The notes below the pieces were generated by a model that ran no database searches, was not told the DNA's origin, and saw nothing but the letters and a program-made list of their open reading frames with translations. Shown piece after piece: positions 13,089-24,497 of a DNA stretch of 64,000 nt (positions are counted from its first letter, which is position 1; every line of letters starts with the position of its first letter). Source of the stretch: Malacoraja senta (taxonomy: Eukaryota); the NCBI GenBank assembly GCA_038087875.1, contig CM075990.1, positions 5,396,001 through 5,460,000 on the forward strand, given 5' to 3'. Both the position numbers and the translations under genes were made by a program.

Positions 13089-14026
13089 GCCTATCTCCTT
13101 CGCTCCATAGATGCTGCTGCACCCGCTGAGTTTCTCCAGCATTTTTGTCTAAACTAAACATTTGTATGCAATACCTCTCGATAACTGCCAGGTGGTGTCA
13201 TAACCACAGTCTGAAAAGTGTTTAATAAATCCCCTACTTCCTGATTTCTTTTAAAAATAAATTATGCTTGGGATGTGGTCATTATTATTAAGGCTAACTT
13301 TTAATTTCCATCTCGAGTAATCCTTCAGAAGTTGTGGAAATTCTTCTACTTAAACTGCTGCAGTTAGCGTAATGAAGATGCACCTATTGTTTTGATAGGT
13401 GAAGATTTTTGTGGTTTTGGCCAAGCCTTAATGAAAGAATGATCAAATATGTACAATTTGGGAAGGTGTGTGTGGCGTGGGAAGTAACTCAGAAGTTATT
13501 ATGTCTCATGCACCTCTTTCTTCTAGCCTTCTGGATAAGGATATTGGCATAGACACAAATTGCTGGAGTAACTCAGTGGGACAGGCAGCATCTCTGGAGG
13601 GAAGGAAATGGTGATGTTTCGGGTCAAGACCCTTTTTCAGACTCCAGAAATGCTGCCTGTCCTGAGTTACTCCAGCATTTTGTGTCTATCTTCAGGTTAA
13701 ACCAGCATCTGCAGTTCCTTCCTACACAAGGATATTGGCATGTTTGAGCGATAGTATTGTAGTGTCTTACAGCACAGAAACAGGCCTTTCATCCCAATTC
13801 GCCCATGCCAACCAAGATGCACCATCTAAACTCATCTCATTTGCCCACGTTTCGCCCATATCCCACTAAACCTTTCCTATCCATGTACCTGTCCAAATGT
13901 CTTTAAAATGTCGTTATAGGACTTGCCTCAACTACCTCCTCTGGTAGCTTGCTCCATATACCCACCAACTAATATTGAATAGGTTTCTGTGGTATTTTCT
14001 GTACTGGGTGGGAGATTATGGTTTCA

Positions 14027-14158
14027 CCCCCCCCCCCCCCCCCTCTCCCCCCCTCTTCCCCCCCCCCCCACTCTCCCCCCCTCTCCCCCCCCCCCCCCCG
14101 CTCTCCCCCCCTCTTCCCCCCCCCGCTCTCCCCCCCTCTTCCCCCCCCCCCCCCCCCC
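14027..14158. repeat. C-rich low-complexity tract (G-quadruplex-prone on the minus strand)
   Basis: Runs of C broken by TCT; gives the spurious poly-Pro and poly-Gly ORFs. Confidence 0.9.
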
Positions 14159-15830
14159 AAGCAGAGGAAGTGAAAATAACCTCTACAATCTACAAATTCT
14201 TTCAGGCCCAACGTTGATGTTGCTTTGGCATCCCCTTGCCCTGGTCAAAGCATTGTAACCTCCTTATTCTTATTTCTTTCACTCCAGAGCTTTCAACTTT
14301 CATGCCCAATTCCCTGACACGCGCTGCCCTGCGCTTTCCTCTTACTTGTCACCATTAACCATGTTCTTGAATGTTCGGTTCATGCTTTGGTTTACTTCTC
14401 TATTAATATCATGTCTCTTTGTTTACGCTCTGGAACATTTTAGGGTGTTTGCTGTGTTAACGCCACTTTATTTATTCAAACTGTGTTGTGTTTGCAGCTG
14501 GGAACTGTTTGATTGAATCAGTACTGAGTTACAGGAGAAATGGATGCTGACCAGTAATAGAAAGGATAAAGAAAGGGACTAATGACAAAGTATGTCTTTA
14601 TGTGCCTAAGTATCAAGGTAACTTAGTGCATGGGCTCAATAGTGTGTGTTTGGTTTCTGTGTGTGGTGATTAAAATTGACGATTTCTAACAATAACATTT
14701 TGCAGGAGAGACTTTTGAACTTGGCGTGCATTGTACTGTTTACATTGTTGCTGCGGTCAAATGGGTGTTACCAGATTATTGCAGCTGATCTAAGTTCCAC
14801 CCTTTGGACAGCGATTGTTGATTAAAGTCATTAGGTTGTACTGGATTTTGTCTAGCGTACCGTGGTTAGGGCTCTCCACAATGCAAATTCCCATTCATAG
14901 AAGCAACAAAGCTGTTTAGTCAAAATACTCCCATCTCAACGCATTTCATTCCATCCTATAGTGGAGTGGACGAAAAATGCTGCCTCACCCACTAAGTTTC
15001 TCCAGCATTTTTGTCTTCCTTTCATTCCATCCTATCGTACAATGCAGGTAAAATGTGTCCTAGGTTATGAGGGATGAAGTCACACAGAGGTATTTATCTT
15101 AATCTTTCATACATCTGTCAACACAGAAGTGACTAAGGAATGAAGAATAGCAAAGGGTACCTCCTGGTTTGAAAATAACACAATCTGTTATTTGGACATG
15201 GTGTGCAGTAATGTGTAATGAATGAGTAAGTTTATTGGCCAAGTATGTACACATACAAGGAATCTGCCCTGGTGCTCTGCTAGCAAGTAACAACACGACA
15301 TACAGTAAAGAATTAAGAATAAAATATAAAACATTAAAACATTAGGAATAAACCATTATAGTTGAAACATGTGAATTAAATAAAATACCAGAGCAAAAGG
15401 AGGCTACAGACTTTTGGTTATTGAGTAGAGCTACTACTCGTGGAACTGCAAATGCTGGTTTAAACCGAAGATAGACACAAAAAGCTGGAGTAACTCAGCG
15501 GGTCAGGCAGCATCTCTAGAGAAAAGGAATAGGTGACGTTTCGGGTCGAGACCCTTCTTCGGCCTTACCTAGCAGTCTGAAGAAGGGTCTCGATCCAAAA
15601 TGTCACCAATTCCTTTTCTCCAGAGACGTTGTCTGACCCGCTGAGTTACTCCAGCATTTTGTGTCCATTTGGACATGGTGGACCGATTGGGGAAAGGCGA
15701 CACAGTCTTGTCAAAGGGACATTTGGTTTAGCTAATTTGACATTTAATTTAATGAGGTAACATCCTGAGTTGATGGAATAAATGCATTTGATATAGCTTA
15801 AAAGCACTTTCAAATAAAGTTATGCATAAT

Positions 15831-16105
15831 AGTTTAGTTTAATTTAGAATACAGGCCCTTCAGCCCACCTCACCGACCAGCATCGACCAGTGCACTGACC
15901 AGCGATCCCCGTACACTAGGGGTAATTTACAATTTTACAAACCTGTATGACTTTGGAGTGTGGGAGGAAACCGGAGCACCCGGAGAAAACCCACGCAGGT
16001 CACGGGGAGAACATACAAACTCCGTACAGTCAGCACCTGTAGTCAGGATCGAACCCGGGTCTCTGGCGCTGTAAGGCAACAACTCTACCGCTGTGCCACC
16101 GTGCC
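15831..16105 (-). mobile_element. V-SINE (HE1-like)
   Basis: Same family as 12743-13053, reverse orientation. Confidence 0.85.
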
Positions 16106-16384
16106 AACCTAATAGTCTTCTCATCAAGACTGATGTTCATGGAATAAAGGGTGCAGTAAAGGTATGGGTGGAATATTGTTCACTGATATTGTACCAGGGA
16201 ATGGTTATCTTTTAGACTGGAAGTAAGGGTTATAGTGATGTTTCCTTGGGGTGGCTAACCCTAAAGCTGCATTTCAGAATATACTTTACGAACTTGGATT
16301 TGGATGTAAACAGTACATTTTTCAAATTTGCAATTAACACAAACTTAGAAGTATAATCTGTAAGGAGGTTATTATTGGACTTCA

Positions 16385-17385
16385 ATGGGTTCAGTTCAGT
16401 TTTGTTTATTGTCACATGTACTGAGGTACAGTGAAAAGCTTTTGTTGCGTGCTAACCATCCAGTGGGAAGATAATACATAATTATAATCGAGCCATTCAC
16501 AGTGTGCAGATACACGATAAGGGAATAATGTTTAGTGCAAGGTAAAGCCAGTAAGGTCCGATCAAAGATAATCCGATAGTAGTTCAGCGCTGCCCTTTAG
16601 TTGTGGTAGGATGGTTCAGATGCCTAATAGCAACTGGGAAGAAGCTATCCCTTCAATCTGGAGGTGTGCTTTTTCACACTTCTATACTTTTTGCCTGATG
16701 GGAGAGGGGAGAAGAGGGAGTGGCCAGGTTGTGACCCATCCTTGATTATGCTGCTGGCCTTGCCGAGGCAGCGTGAGGTGTAGATGTGAATCTGTACATT
16801 TAATTAGATTTGTACAAGGCTGCTGAGTGTACAAGGCGTAAAGATAGGGGCTGAGAATGCTTCTGTGCAGAGCACCAGTGTTGAGGATTATCGTAGAGGA
16901 TCATTTATCCCCTATCCTCACTGATTGGGGTCTGTTGGTCAGGAAGTCGAGGATATACTGTAGCTGCAGAAATAAATGCTCCTTTGGTGATGAAGGCAAA
17001 TATTTAGTCAATGGAGGCATCTGATGCAGGTGAATCTCTTATCCAGGTGATCCAAGGATGAGTGAGGGCTAGGGTGATGACAATGTCTGTGGACCTGTTG
17101 TGGCGGTAGGCGAAATGCAGTGGGTCAAAGCCACCAGGTAGACTGGATTTAATGCGTTCCATAACTAGCCTTTCAAAACATTTCATCATGGTGGTACACA
17201 AAAATGCTGGAGAAACTCAGCAGGTCCAGCTCCTTCGCTCCATAGATGCTGCTGCACCCGCTGAGTTTCTCCAGCATTTTTGTGTACCTTTGATTTTCCA
17301 GCATCTGCAGTTCCTTCTTAAACATTTCATCATGGTGTATGTCAAAGCCACAGGACGGAGGTCATTTAGGCAGGGGATATAGACT
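16385..17385 (-). mobile_element. Rex1/Babar-like LINE fragment, internally deleted and interrupted
   Basis: CLNDLRPVALT..MKCFERLVM..FDPLHFAYRHNRSTD on the minus strand. Related fragments at ~9075-9810 (-) and ~10960-12090 (+). Confidence 0.7.
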
Positions 17386-18079
17386 GCCTGGTGAAACTGG
17401 CAAACCTTTCCCCTGCCTTTTTGTTTTGCCATAGATTTGGGAACACCCTGGGTTACAAACACCCGACTTACATGCAGCCATTTAGCGGATTTGTCACCTG
17501 CTATGAGGCTCCGGGCATCTTTTGCCATGTTGGTGGGGGGGAGGTTTGCGGTATATCTGAACATCCTCAGTTGACTACACGTTGCTTTTGCCCTTTATAT
17601 TCCTGAGTGGCCATATTTCCGACTTGCGAATTGTTCGGTTTACAAACAGTTCCCAGGAACGGAATCGGTCATAGCCCGGGAAGGACCTGCACTTTAACAT
17701 TCCTGAAAACATAAATATGAGACTGCCCTACACCCGACTTCTTCAGCCCAGCTCTGCTGTGTATACTGACACCCTACTACTTCCAATTCCGAGCAAAAGT
17801 CTCTGACTCGAAATGTTGGCCGGTTTCTCTATCCACAGATGCTGCTTGACCGGCTGAGTTCTTCCAGCATTTGATTATTTTTTCAGTCTCCACCGTCTCT
17901 ATTTTTGTTTGTTTTTTAATTTTACACAATTTTGTTTCTCTTATCAAAGTTACAAATGAATCCGCCCCCTCCACTTATCTTGGCATTGGATTCCAGATCA
18001 CACTGACCCTGTGGCTGTTAAAAAGAATGCAGTGTCCTGTGGGAGTTTTCCTGTTCCACAACAATTAAGGCTGGGTATG

Positions 18080-18210
18080 CCCAATGAGACCTTAAACTGG
18101 TACCCTGTCTTCCCGCTCAGATGAAAGCAAATGATCCCAGGGTATTGTTTTGAAAAAGAGCAGCAGATTTATTCTTGGTATCCTGGTTAATAGTTATACC
18201 TCAAAGGACA
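18080..18210 (+). mobile_element. Deu-domain SINE relic (SacSINE1/AmnSINE1-like)
   Basis: ATGAGACCTTAAACTGG...GATCCCAGGGTATTGTTTTGAAAAAGAGCAG...GTATCCTGGTTAATAGTTATACCTCAA resembles the Deu-domain consensus as I recall it. Confidence 0.6.
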
Positions 18211-19129
18211 ATTCCCTTATCATGTACACTGAGAAAATGGATGGATTGTAGTCATATATTGTCTTTCTGCTGACTGGTTAGCACGCAACAAAAAGCTTTT
18301 CACTGTACCTCGGCACACGTGACAATAAACAAAACTGAACAATAATATTACACTTCAACATGGCTTTTATCGCTCAAGGTTGTAAATGGCGGCAAGTTTG
18401 CAGATTGGATATAGAAACAAGGAACTGCAGATGCTGATTTACACAAAAAGACCCAAAGTGCTGGAGATAACTCAGCGGGTCGGGCAGCATCACCGGAGGA
18501 AAGGAATATCTTCTGTCTGAAGCATGGCCCTGACCCAAATCGGCGCCCATCCATGTTCTCCAGAGATGCTGCCTGACCTGCTGAGTTACTCCAGCACATT
18601 GTGTCCTTTTGCAGATTTTTTAACATAATGACCCTCAGATCCCCATCGCTGACAAGTGATGTTGAATGAAAACTAAAGAGGTCCTTTGGCGCTCCTATCT
18701 GTGGTCACACAGAAAAATAAACTCAGAAGTGACTGTATATGAGTGGAATTGACCCTCGTGGTGGAAGGGGCAGCTTCAGGAGAGGAAAAGGCAACATTTA
18801 AGGACACAGAGTCCTGGAGTAACTCAGTGGGTCAGGCAGCATCTCTGGAGAACAGGGATATGTGACATTTCGGGCAGAGCCCTTCTTCAAACCGAAACGT
18901 CGCCTATCCATGTTCTCCGGAGTTGCTGCCTGACCTGCTGAGTTACTCCAGGACTTTGTGTCCTTTTTGTGAATTAACCAGCATCTGCAGTTCTTTTTTT
19001 TTTTTTAACACAAAGGCAACATTCTTGATGTGTACGTTTTCTCGAGGATTAAAAGTGATACAAAATAATCTATAATATCTTGGTGGGTTTGGGGGTAGCG
19101 AAAGAATGACTTGTTGAGCCCTGGTGTGT

Positions 19130-19471
19130 ATCAGACCCCTGGGTCTGCGGGGGGGGGGAAGCCACCCGTGGAGATGGAGCAAGCGAGAGGCGAGAGGGGG
19201 AGCTCGGGGCGACAACTGATACAACTTCCTCCAAACTCCCCGCTGTTATTACTCGCAGTCTCCGGGTGTGAACTCGCTCTCAGAGTGTGATTCATCGAGC
19301 CGGAGCTGAATACGCTTCGCGGTTCCGGCAGCGCCCCGGTGGAGAGATAGAGGGTTCCCACCTCGGATTCTTGTCCTTGCTTTTTCCTTCTTGATGGTTC
19401 CCCCCGATGGTGTGAGCGACTGGAGCCCGCTGCTGCTGGACGCGGTTTGATCTCAAGGCTCTGGAGTCACC
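19130..19471 (+). promoter_or_regulatory. GC/CpG-rich promoter and 5' UTR of TMEM150A-like gene 2
   Basis: Non-repeat, CpG-enriched segment directly upstream of an ATG in the context CACCATGA. Confidence 0.55.
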
Positions 19472-19536
19472 ATGAGCGGCTGGCTGTTCCTGCCTCTGCT
19501 GAACAGCATTTTATCCATCGCAGGAACGTGGACAGT
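19472..19536 (+). CDS. TMEM150A-like gene 2, first coding exon
   Basis: 65 nt encoding MSGWLFLPLLNSILSIAGTWT(V), followed by donor GTGAGG. Resembles the TMEM150A N-terminus [22 protein letters not shown]. Confidence 0.88.
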
Positions 19537-20725
19537 GTGAGGATCAATTTCTTGTCATCTCCACCTAACTCCCTCAGATTGCAACTCGGGGCTTCAAAAA
19601 CAAACCCACACCGCTCCATCTCAATTTTTTTTCTCCTCTTTACCCTCAAATGTTCAGAACAAACTTTCTTCCGGCGACTTTTTTCCGACTCCGAAATTCC
19701 CCAGCCTTTTTCAGTGTCTGCTTTTGGATTCTCTTCCCGTAGCTCATATCCACATCTGATAAAAAAAACGAGCCCAGTCTCTCTGAGATCCTCTAAGCTG
19801 ACAATTTTCAAGGGTCTCGGCCCCAAAACGTTACCCATTCCTTCTCTCCAGAGACTGTCTGTCCCGCTATGTTACTCCAGCTTTTTGTGTCTATCTTCGG
19901 TTTAAACCGGCATCTGCAGTTCCTTCCAACATACTTTCATGCTTTCCACTAACTTTAAAGTCGTTATTGTTAGACATGCAGGAGCTTCATTGTAAGTGAT
20001 TTACTGTTGAATATGATGTATTTATTAACGTGTTTATGATTTGTTGGGGGGGGTGTTGGGGATGTAAGAGACGATGAGAGATTTTACTGATATGTGAACT
20101 GCTGACTAGTTAAACTCCAAGGTTTATTTCTTCGTGATTCTATCTTAAAAGATATATACCCTAGAATTTATAAAGCGTTTTTTGTTTTCATTCTCAAACA
20201 TACAATGAGGCCAATGCTCCAACTCTGCCATCTCCAAAACACAAGGTAAAGTGTTGTTTTTTTGGTGCGTTCCTTTTTTGCTTAGTCAAGCGCATACATA
20301 GTTAAAAATAGGCTGTGCCTCTTCATCAAACATTAAAATCAGAACAGGCAGATAGATGCAATTTGTAATTTAGGAATGCCTTCATATTGTTTCCACGACT
20401 TTTGCCAAACTCTTTGAATATGGGACCTCAGAATTCTCTCAAAATGCAGCAAGGCTGGGCCTTCAGCAACTCCATTCAATTGCAGAGGCTTTCTTTTTGG
20501 GGCTGGATGGGGTGCTGTTTTGTGGGGGCAAAATGGAGATTCGCAGAAGCATAGATGCATACAACAAAATAGCGGCACTTGGTCCACAGCCTGTGGGGTC
20601 CTGGTGATTCCAGATGCTCCTTAAAAGTTGTGAGGGTACCCGCATTCAACACTTGTACCCGCATCCAACACTTGTCGATACCACTTTCTCAGGTAATTTG
20701 CTCCAGACTTCAACAACCATCTAGA

Positions 20726-21240
20726 AGAGGAGGGCAACAGTAATAGGGGACTCTATGGTTAGGGGGTCGGATAGGCGATTCTGTGGACGCAGTCAGGAGA
20801 CCCGGATGGTAGTGTGCCTCCCTGGTGCCAGGGTCAGGGATGTGTCTGAACGCATCCAAGATATCCTGAAATCGGAGGGAGAGGAGCCTGAGGTTGTGGT
20901 ACATATAGGTACCAATGACATAGGCAGAAAAAGAGAAGAGGTCCTGAAAGGAGAATTTAGGGAGTTGGGAGGAGAGTTAAGGAGAAGGTCCGCAAAGGTA
21001 ACAATCTCAGGATTACTACCTGTGCCACGCGACTGTGAGAGTAGGAATGAAATGAGGTGGAGGATAAATGCGTGGCTGAGGAACTGGTGCAGCGGGCAGG
21101 GATTCAAATTTCTGGATCAATGGAACCTCTTTTGGGGAAGGTGTGACCTGTACAGAAAGGACGGGTTGCACTTGAACCCGAGGGGAACCAATATCCTGGC
21201 GGGGAGATTTGCAAAGGCTACTGGGGAGACTTTAAACTAG
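20726..21240 (+). pseudogene. CR1 ORF1 C-terminal SGNH/GDSL esterase-like domain (5'-truncated)
   Basis: Motifs VIGDS, LPGARVRDV, VHIGTNDI and DGLHLN; stop at 21240. Confidence 0.88.
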
Positions 21241-21245
21241 AACGG

Positions 21246-24188
21246 TTGGGGGGAGGGACTCAAATAGAGAAAGATGGTAGAAAATGTGGGAGGCAGGAGG
21301 CAGAGAAGGGAAGCACTCGGACCCAAAATGTAGGGGAGAAAGAAGAAAAAGATAATAAACAGAGAATAATTGGTGGTGGGTTTCTTAAATGTGTATATAT
21401 TAATGCTAGGAGCATTGTAAGAAAGGTGGATGAGCTTAGAGTCTGGATTGACACCTGGAAGTATGATGTTGTGGCGATCAGTGAAACATGGTTGCAGGAG
21501 GGCTGTGATTGGAAACTAAATATTCCAGGATTTTGTTGCTTCAGGGGTGATAGAATTGGAGGGGCAAGAGGTGGGGGTGTTGCATTGCTTGTCAAGGAAG
21601 ATATTACAGCAGTGCTTTGGCAGGATAGATTAGAGGGCTCGTCTAGGGAGGCTATTTTGGGTGGAGCTGAGAAATGGGAAAGGTGTAGCAACACTTATAG
21701 GGGTGTATTATAGACCGCCAAATGGGGAGTGAGAATTGGAAGAGCAAATATGTAAGGAGATAGCAGATATTAGTAGTAAGCACAAGGTAGTGATTGTGGG
21801 AGATTTCAATTTTCCACACATAGACTGGAAAACACATTCTGTAAAAGGGCTGGATGGTTTGGAGTTTGTAAAATGTGTGCAGGATAGTTTTTTGCAGCAA
21901 TACATAGAGGTACCTACTAGAGAAGGGGCAGTGCTGGACCTCCTGTTAGGAAATGAGACAGGGCAGGTGGTGGAGGTAAGCGTTGGGGAGCACTTCGGGT
22001 CCAGTGATCATAATACCATTAGTTTCAATATAATTATGGAGAGGGTCAGAACTGGACCTAGGGTTGGGATTTTTGATTGGAGAAAGGCTAACTTTGAGGA
22101 GATGCGAAAGGATTTAAAAGGAGTGAATTGGGACGTTGTTTTATGGGAAGGATGTAGAAGAGAAATGGAGGACATTTAAAGGTGAAATTTTAAGAGTACA
22201 GAATCTTTATGTCCCTGTTCGGTTGAAAGGAAATAGTAAAAATTGGAAAGAGCCATGGTTTTCAAGGGAAATTGGACACGGTTCATAAAAAGAGAGAGAT
22301 CTACAATAATTATAGGCAGCATGGAGTAAATGAGGTGCTTGAGGAGTATAAAGAATGTAAAAAGAATATTAAGAAAGAAATTAGAAAAGCTAAAAGAAGA
22401 TATGAGGTTGCGTTGGCAAGTAAGGTGAAAGTAAATCCAAAGGGTTTCTACAGCTATATTAATAGCAAAAGGATAACAAGGAATAAAATTGGTCCATTAG
22501 AGAGTCAGAGTGGACAGCTATCTAAAGAGCCAAAAGAGATGGGGGAGATATTGAACAATTTCTTTTCTTCGGTATTCACCAAGGAGAAGGATATGGAATT
22601 ATGTGAGGTAAGGGAAACAAGCAGAGTAGCAATGGAAACTATGAGATTCAAAGAAGAGGAGGTGCGGACACTTTTGAAAAATATGAAAATGGATAAGTCT
22701 CCAGGTCCCGACAGGATATTCCCGAGGACATTGAGGGAAGTTAGTGTAGAAATAGCAGGGGCTATGACAGAAATATTTCAAATGTCATTAGAAACGGGAA
22801 TAGTGCCGGAGGATTGGCGTATTGCGCATGTTGTTCCGTTGTTTAAAAAGGGTTCTAAGAGTAAACCTAGCAATTATACACCTGTTAGTTTGACGTCAGT
22901 GGTGGGCAAATTAATGGAAAGGATACTTAAAGCTAATATATATAAGCATCTGGATAAGCAGGGTCTGATTAGGAACAGTCAACATAGATTTGTGCCTGGA
23001 AGGTCATGTTTGACTAATCTTCTAGAATTTTTCGAAGAGGTTACTAGGGAAATTGATGAGGGTAAAGCAGTGGATGGTGTCTATATGGACTTCAGTAAGG
23101 CCTTTGACAAGGTTCCTCATGGAAGGTTGGTTAAGAAGATTAAATTGTTGGGTATTAATGGTGGAGTAGCAAGATGGATTCAACAGTGGCTGAATGGGAG
23201 ATGCCAGAGAGTAATGGTGGATGGCTGTTTGTCAGGTTGGAGGCCGGTGACTAGTGAGGTGCCTCAGGGGTCTGTGTTGGGTCCACTGTTGTTTGTCATG
23301 TACATCAATGATCTGGATGATGGTGTGGAAAATTGGATTAGTAAGTATGCAGATGATACTAAGATAGGTGGTGTGGTGAATAATGAAGTAGATTTTCAAA
23401 GTCTACAGAGAGATTTAGGCCATTTGGAAGAGTCGGCTGAAAGATGGCAGATGGAGTTTAATGCTGATAAATGTGAGGTACTACATCTCGGCAGGACAAA
23501 TCAAAATAGGGCGTACATGGTAAATGGTAGAGAATTGAGGAATGCAGTGGAACAGAGGGATCTAGGAATAACTGTGCATAGTTCCCTGAAGGTGGAATCT
23601 CATGTAGATAGGGTGGTAAAGAAAGCTTTTAGTGTGCTGGCCTTTATAAATCAGAGCATTGAATATAGAAGTTGGGATGCAATGTTAAAATTGTACAAGG
23701 CATTGGTGAGGCCAATTCTGGAGTATGGAGTACAATTTTGGTCGCATAATTATAGGAAGGATGTCAACAAAATAGAGAGAGTACAGAGGAGATTTACTAG
23801 AATGTTGCCTGGGTTTCAGCAACTAAGTTACAGAGAAAGGTTGAACAAGTTAGGTCTTTATTCTTTGGAGCGCAGAAGGTTAAGAGGGGACTTGATAGAG
23901 GTCTTTAAAATTATGAGCGGGTTAGACAGAGTTGACGTGGATAAGCTTTTTCCATTGAGAGTAGGGAAGATTCAAACAAGGGGACATGACTTGAGAATTA
24001 AGGGACAGAAGTTTAGGGGTAACATTAGGGGGAACTTCTTTACTCAGAGAGTGGTAGCTGTGTGGAATGAGCTTCCAGTGGAAGTGGTGGAGGCTGGTTT
24101 GATTTTATCCTTTAAAAATAGATTGGATGGGTATATGGACGGGAAAGGAATGGAGGGTTATGGTCTGAGTGCAGGTAGATGGGACTAG
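21246..24188 (+). pseudogene. CR1 ORF2 (APE endonuclease + reverse transcriptase), frameshifted
   Basis: APE motifs YINARSI, ISETWL, RGGGVALL, VGDFNFP, SSDHN. RT motifs KSPGPD, DFSKAFDKVPH, PQGSVLGP, YADD in the 638-aa ORF 22272-24188. Frameshifts near 21655, 22135 and 22270. Confidence 0.93.
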
Positions 24189-24294
24189 GGGGAAGTATTT
24201 ATTTTATTTATTTTTTTAAATGTTCGGCACGGACTTGAAGGGCCGAGATGGCCTGTTTCCGTGCTGTAATGGTTATATGGTTATATGGTTAGAT

Positions 24295-24489
24295 CAGGGG
24301 TTCCCAACCTTTTTTGTCCTGTTTACCCCTGGTAGCTTTAGTAGCCATTTCACTTATTTATGAACCACTAATGATGAACAGATACCAGAGCCAAACACAG
24401 TCAGTCAATGAGAAAAAATATGTACAAATCCAGAATCAACAAATTTACCCCCTGGGTAGGTGAAATTTAGCCCAGGTTGGGAACCCTTG
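24295..24489. mobile_element. hAT (Charlie-like) MITE
   Basis: TIRs CAGGGGTTCCCAACCT / AGGTTGGGAACCCTTG; right TSD ATCTAGAT (24490-24497); left TSD split by the CR1 insertion. Confidence 0.8.
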
Positions 24490-24497
24490 ATCTAGAT

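Larger units (their letters stand above)
20726..24290 (+). mobile_element. Young 5'-truncated CR1-clade LINE (ORF1 C-terminus + ORF2 + 3' tail)
   Basis: SGNH esterase-like ORF1, then an APE endonuclease-RT ORF2, 3' UTR and a (GGTTATAT)n tail ending at ~24290. Confidence 0.95.

Noticed and set aside
13969..14258. Proline-rich and glycine-rich ORFs
   Set aside because: Artefacts of a poly-C low-complexity tract.
19447..19905. 152-aa and 123-aa ORFs near the CpG-rich region
   Set aside because: No recognisable domain; the 152-aa ORF runs into a Penelope fragment. The real exon is in another frame (19472-19536).
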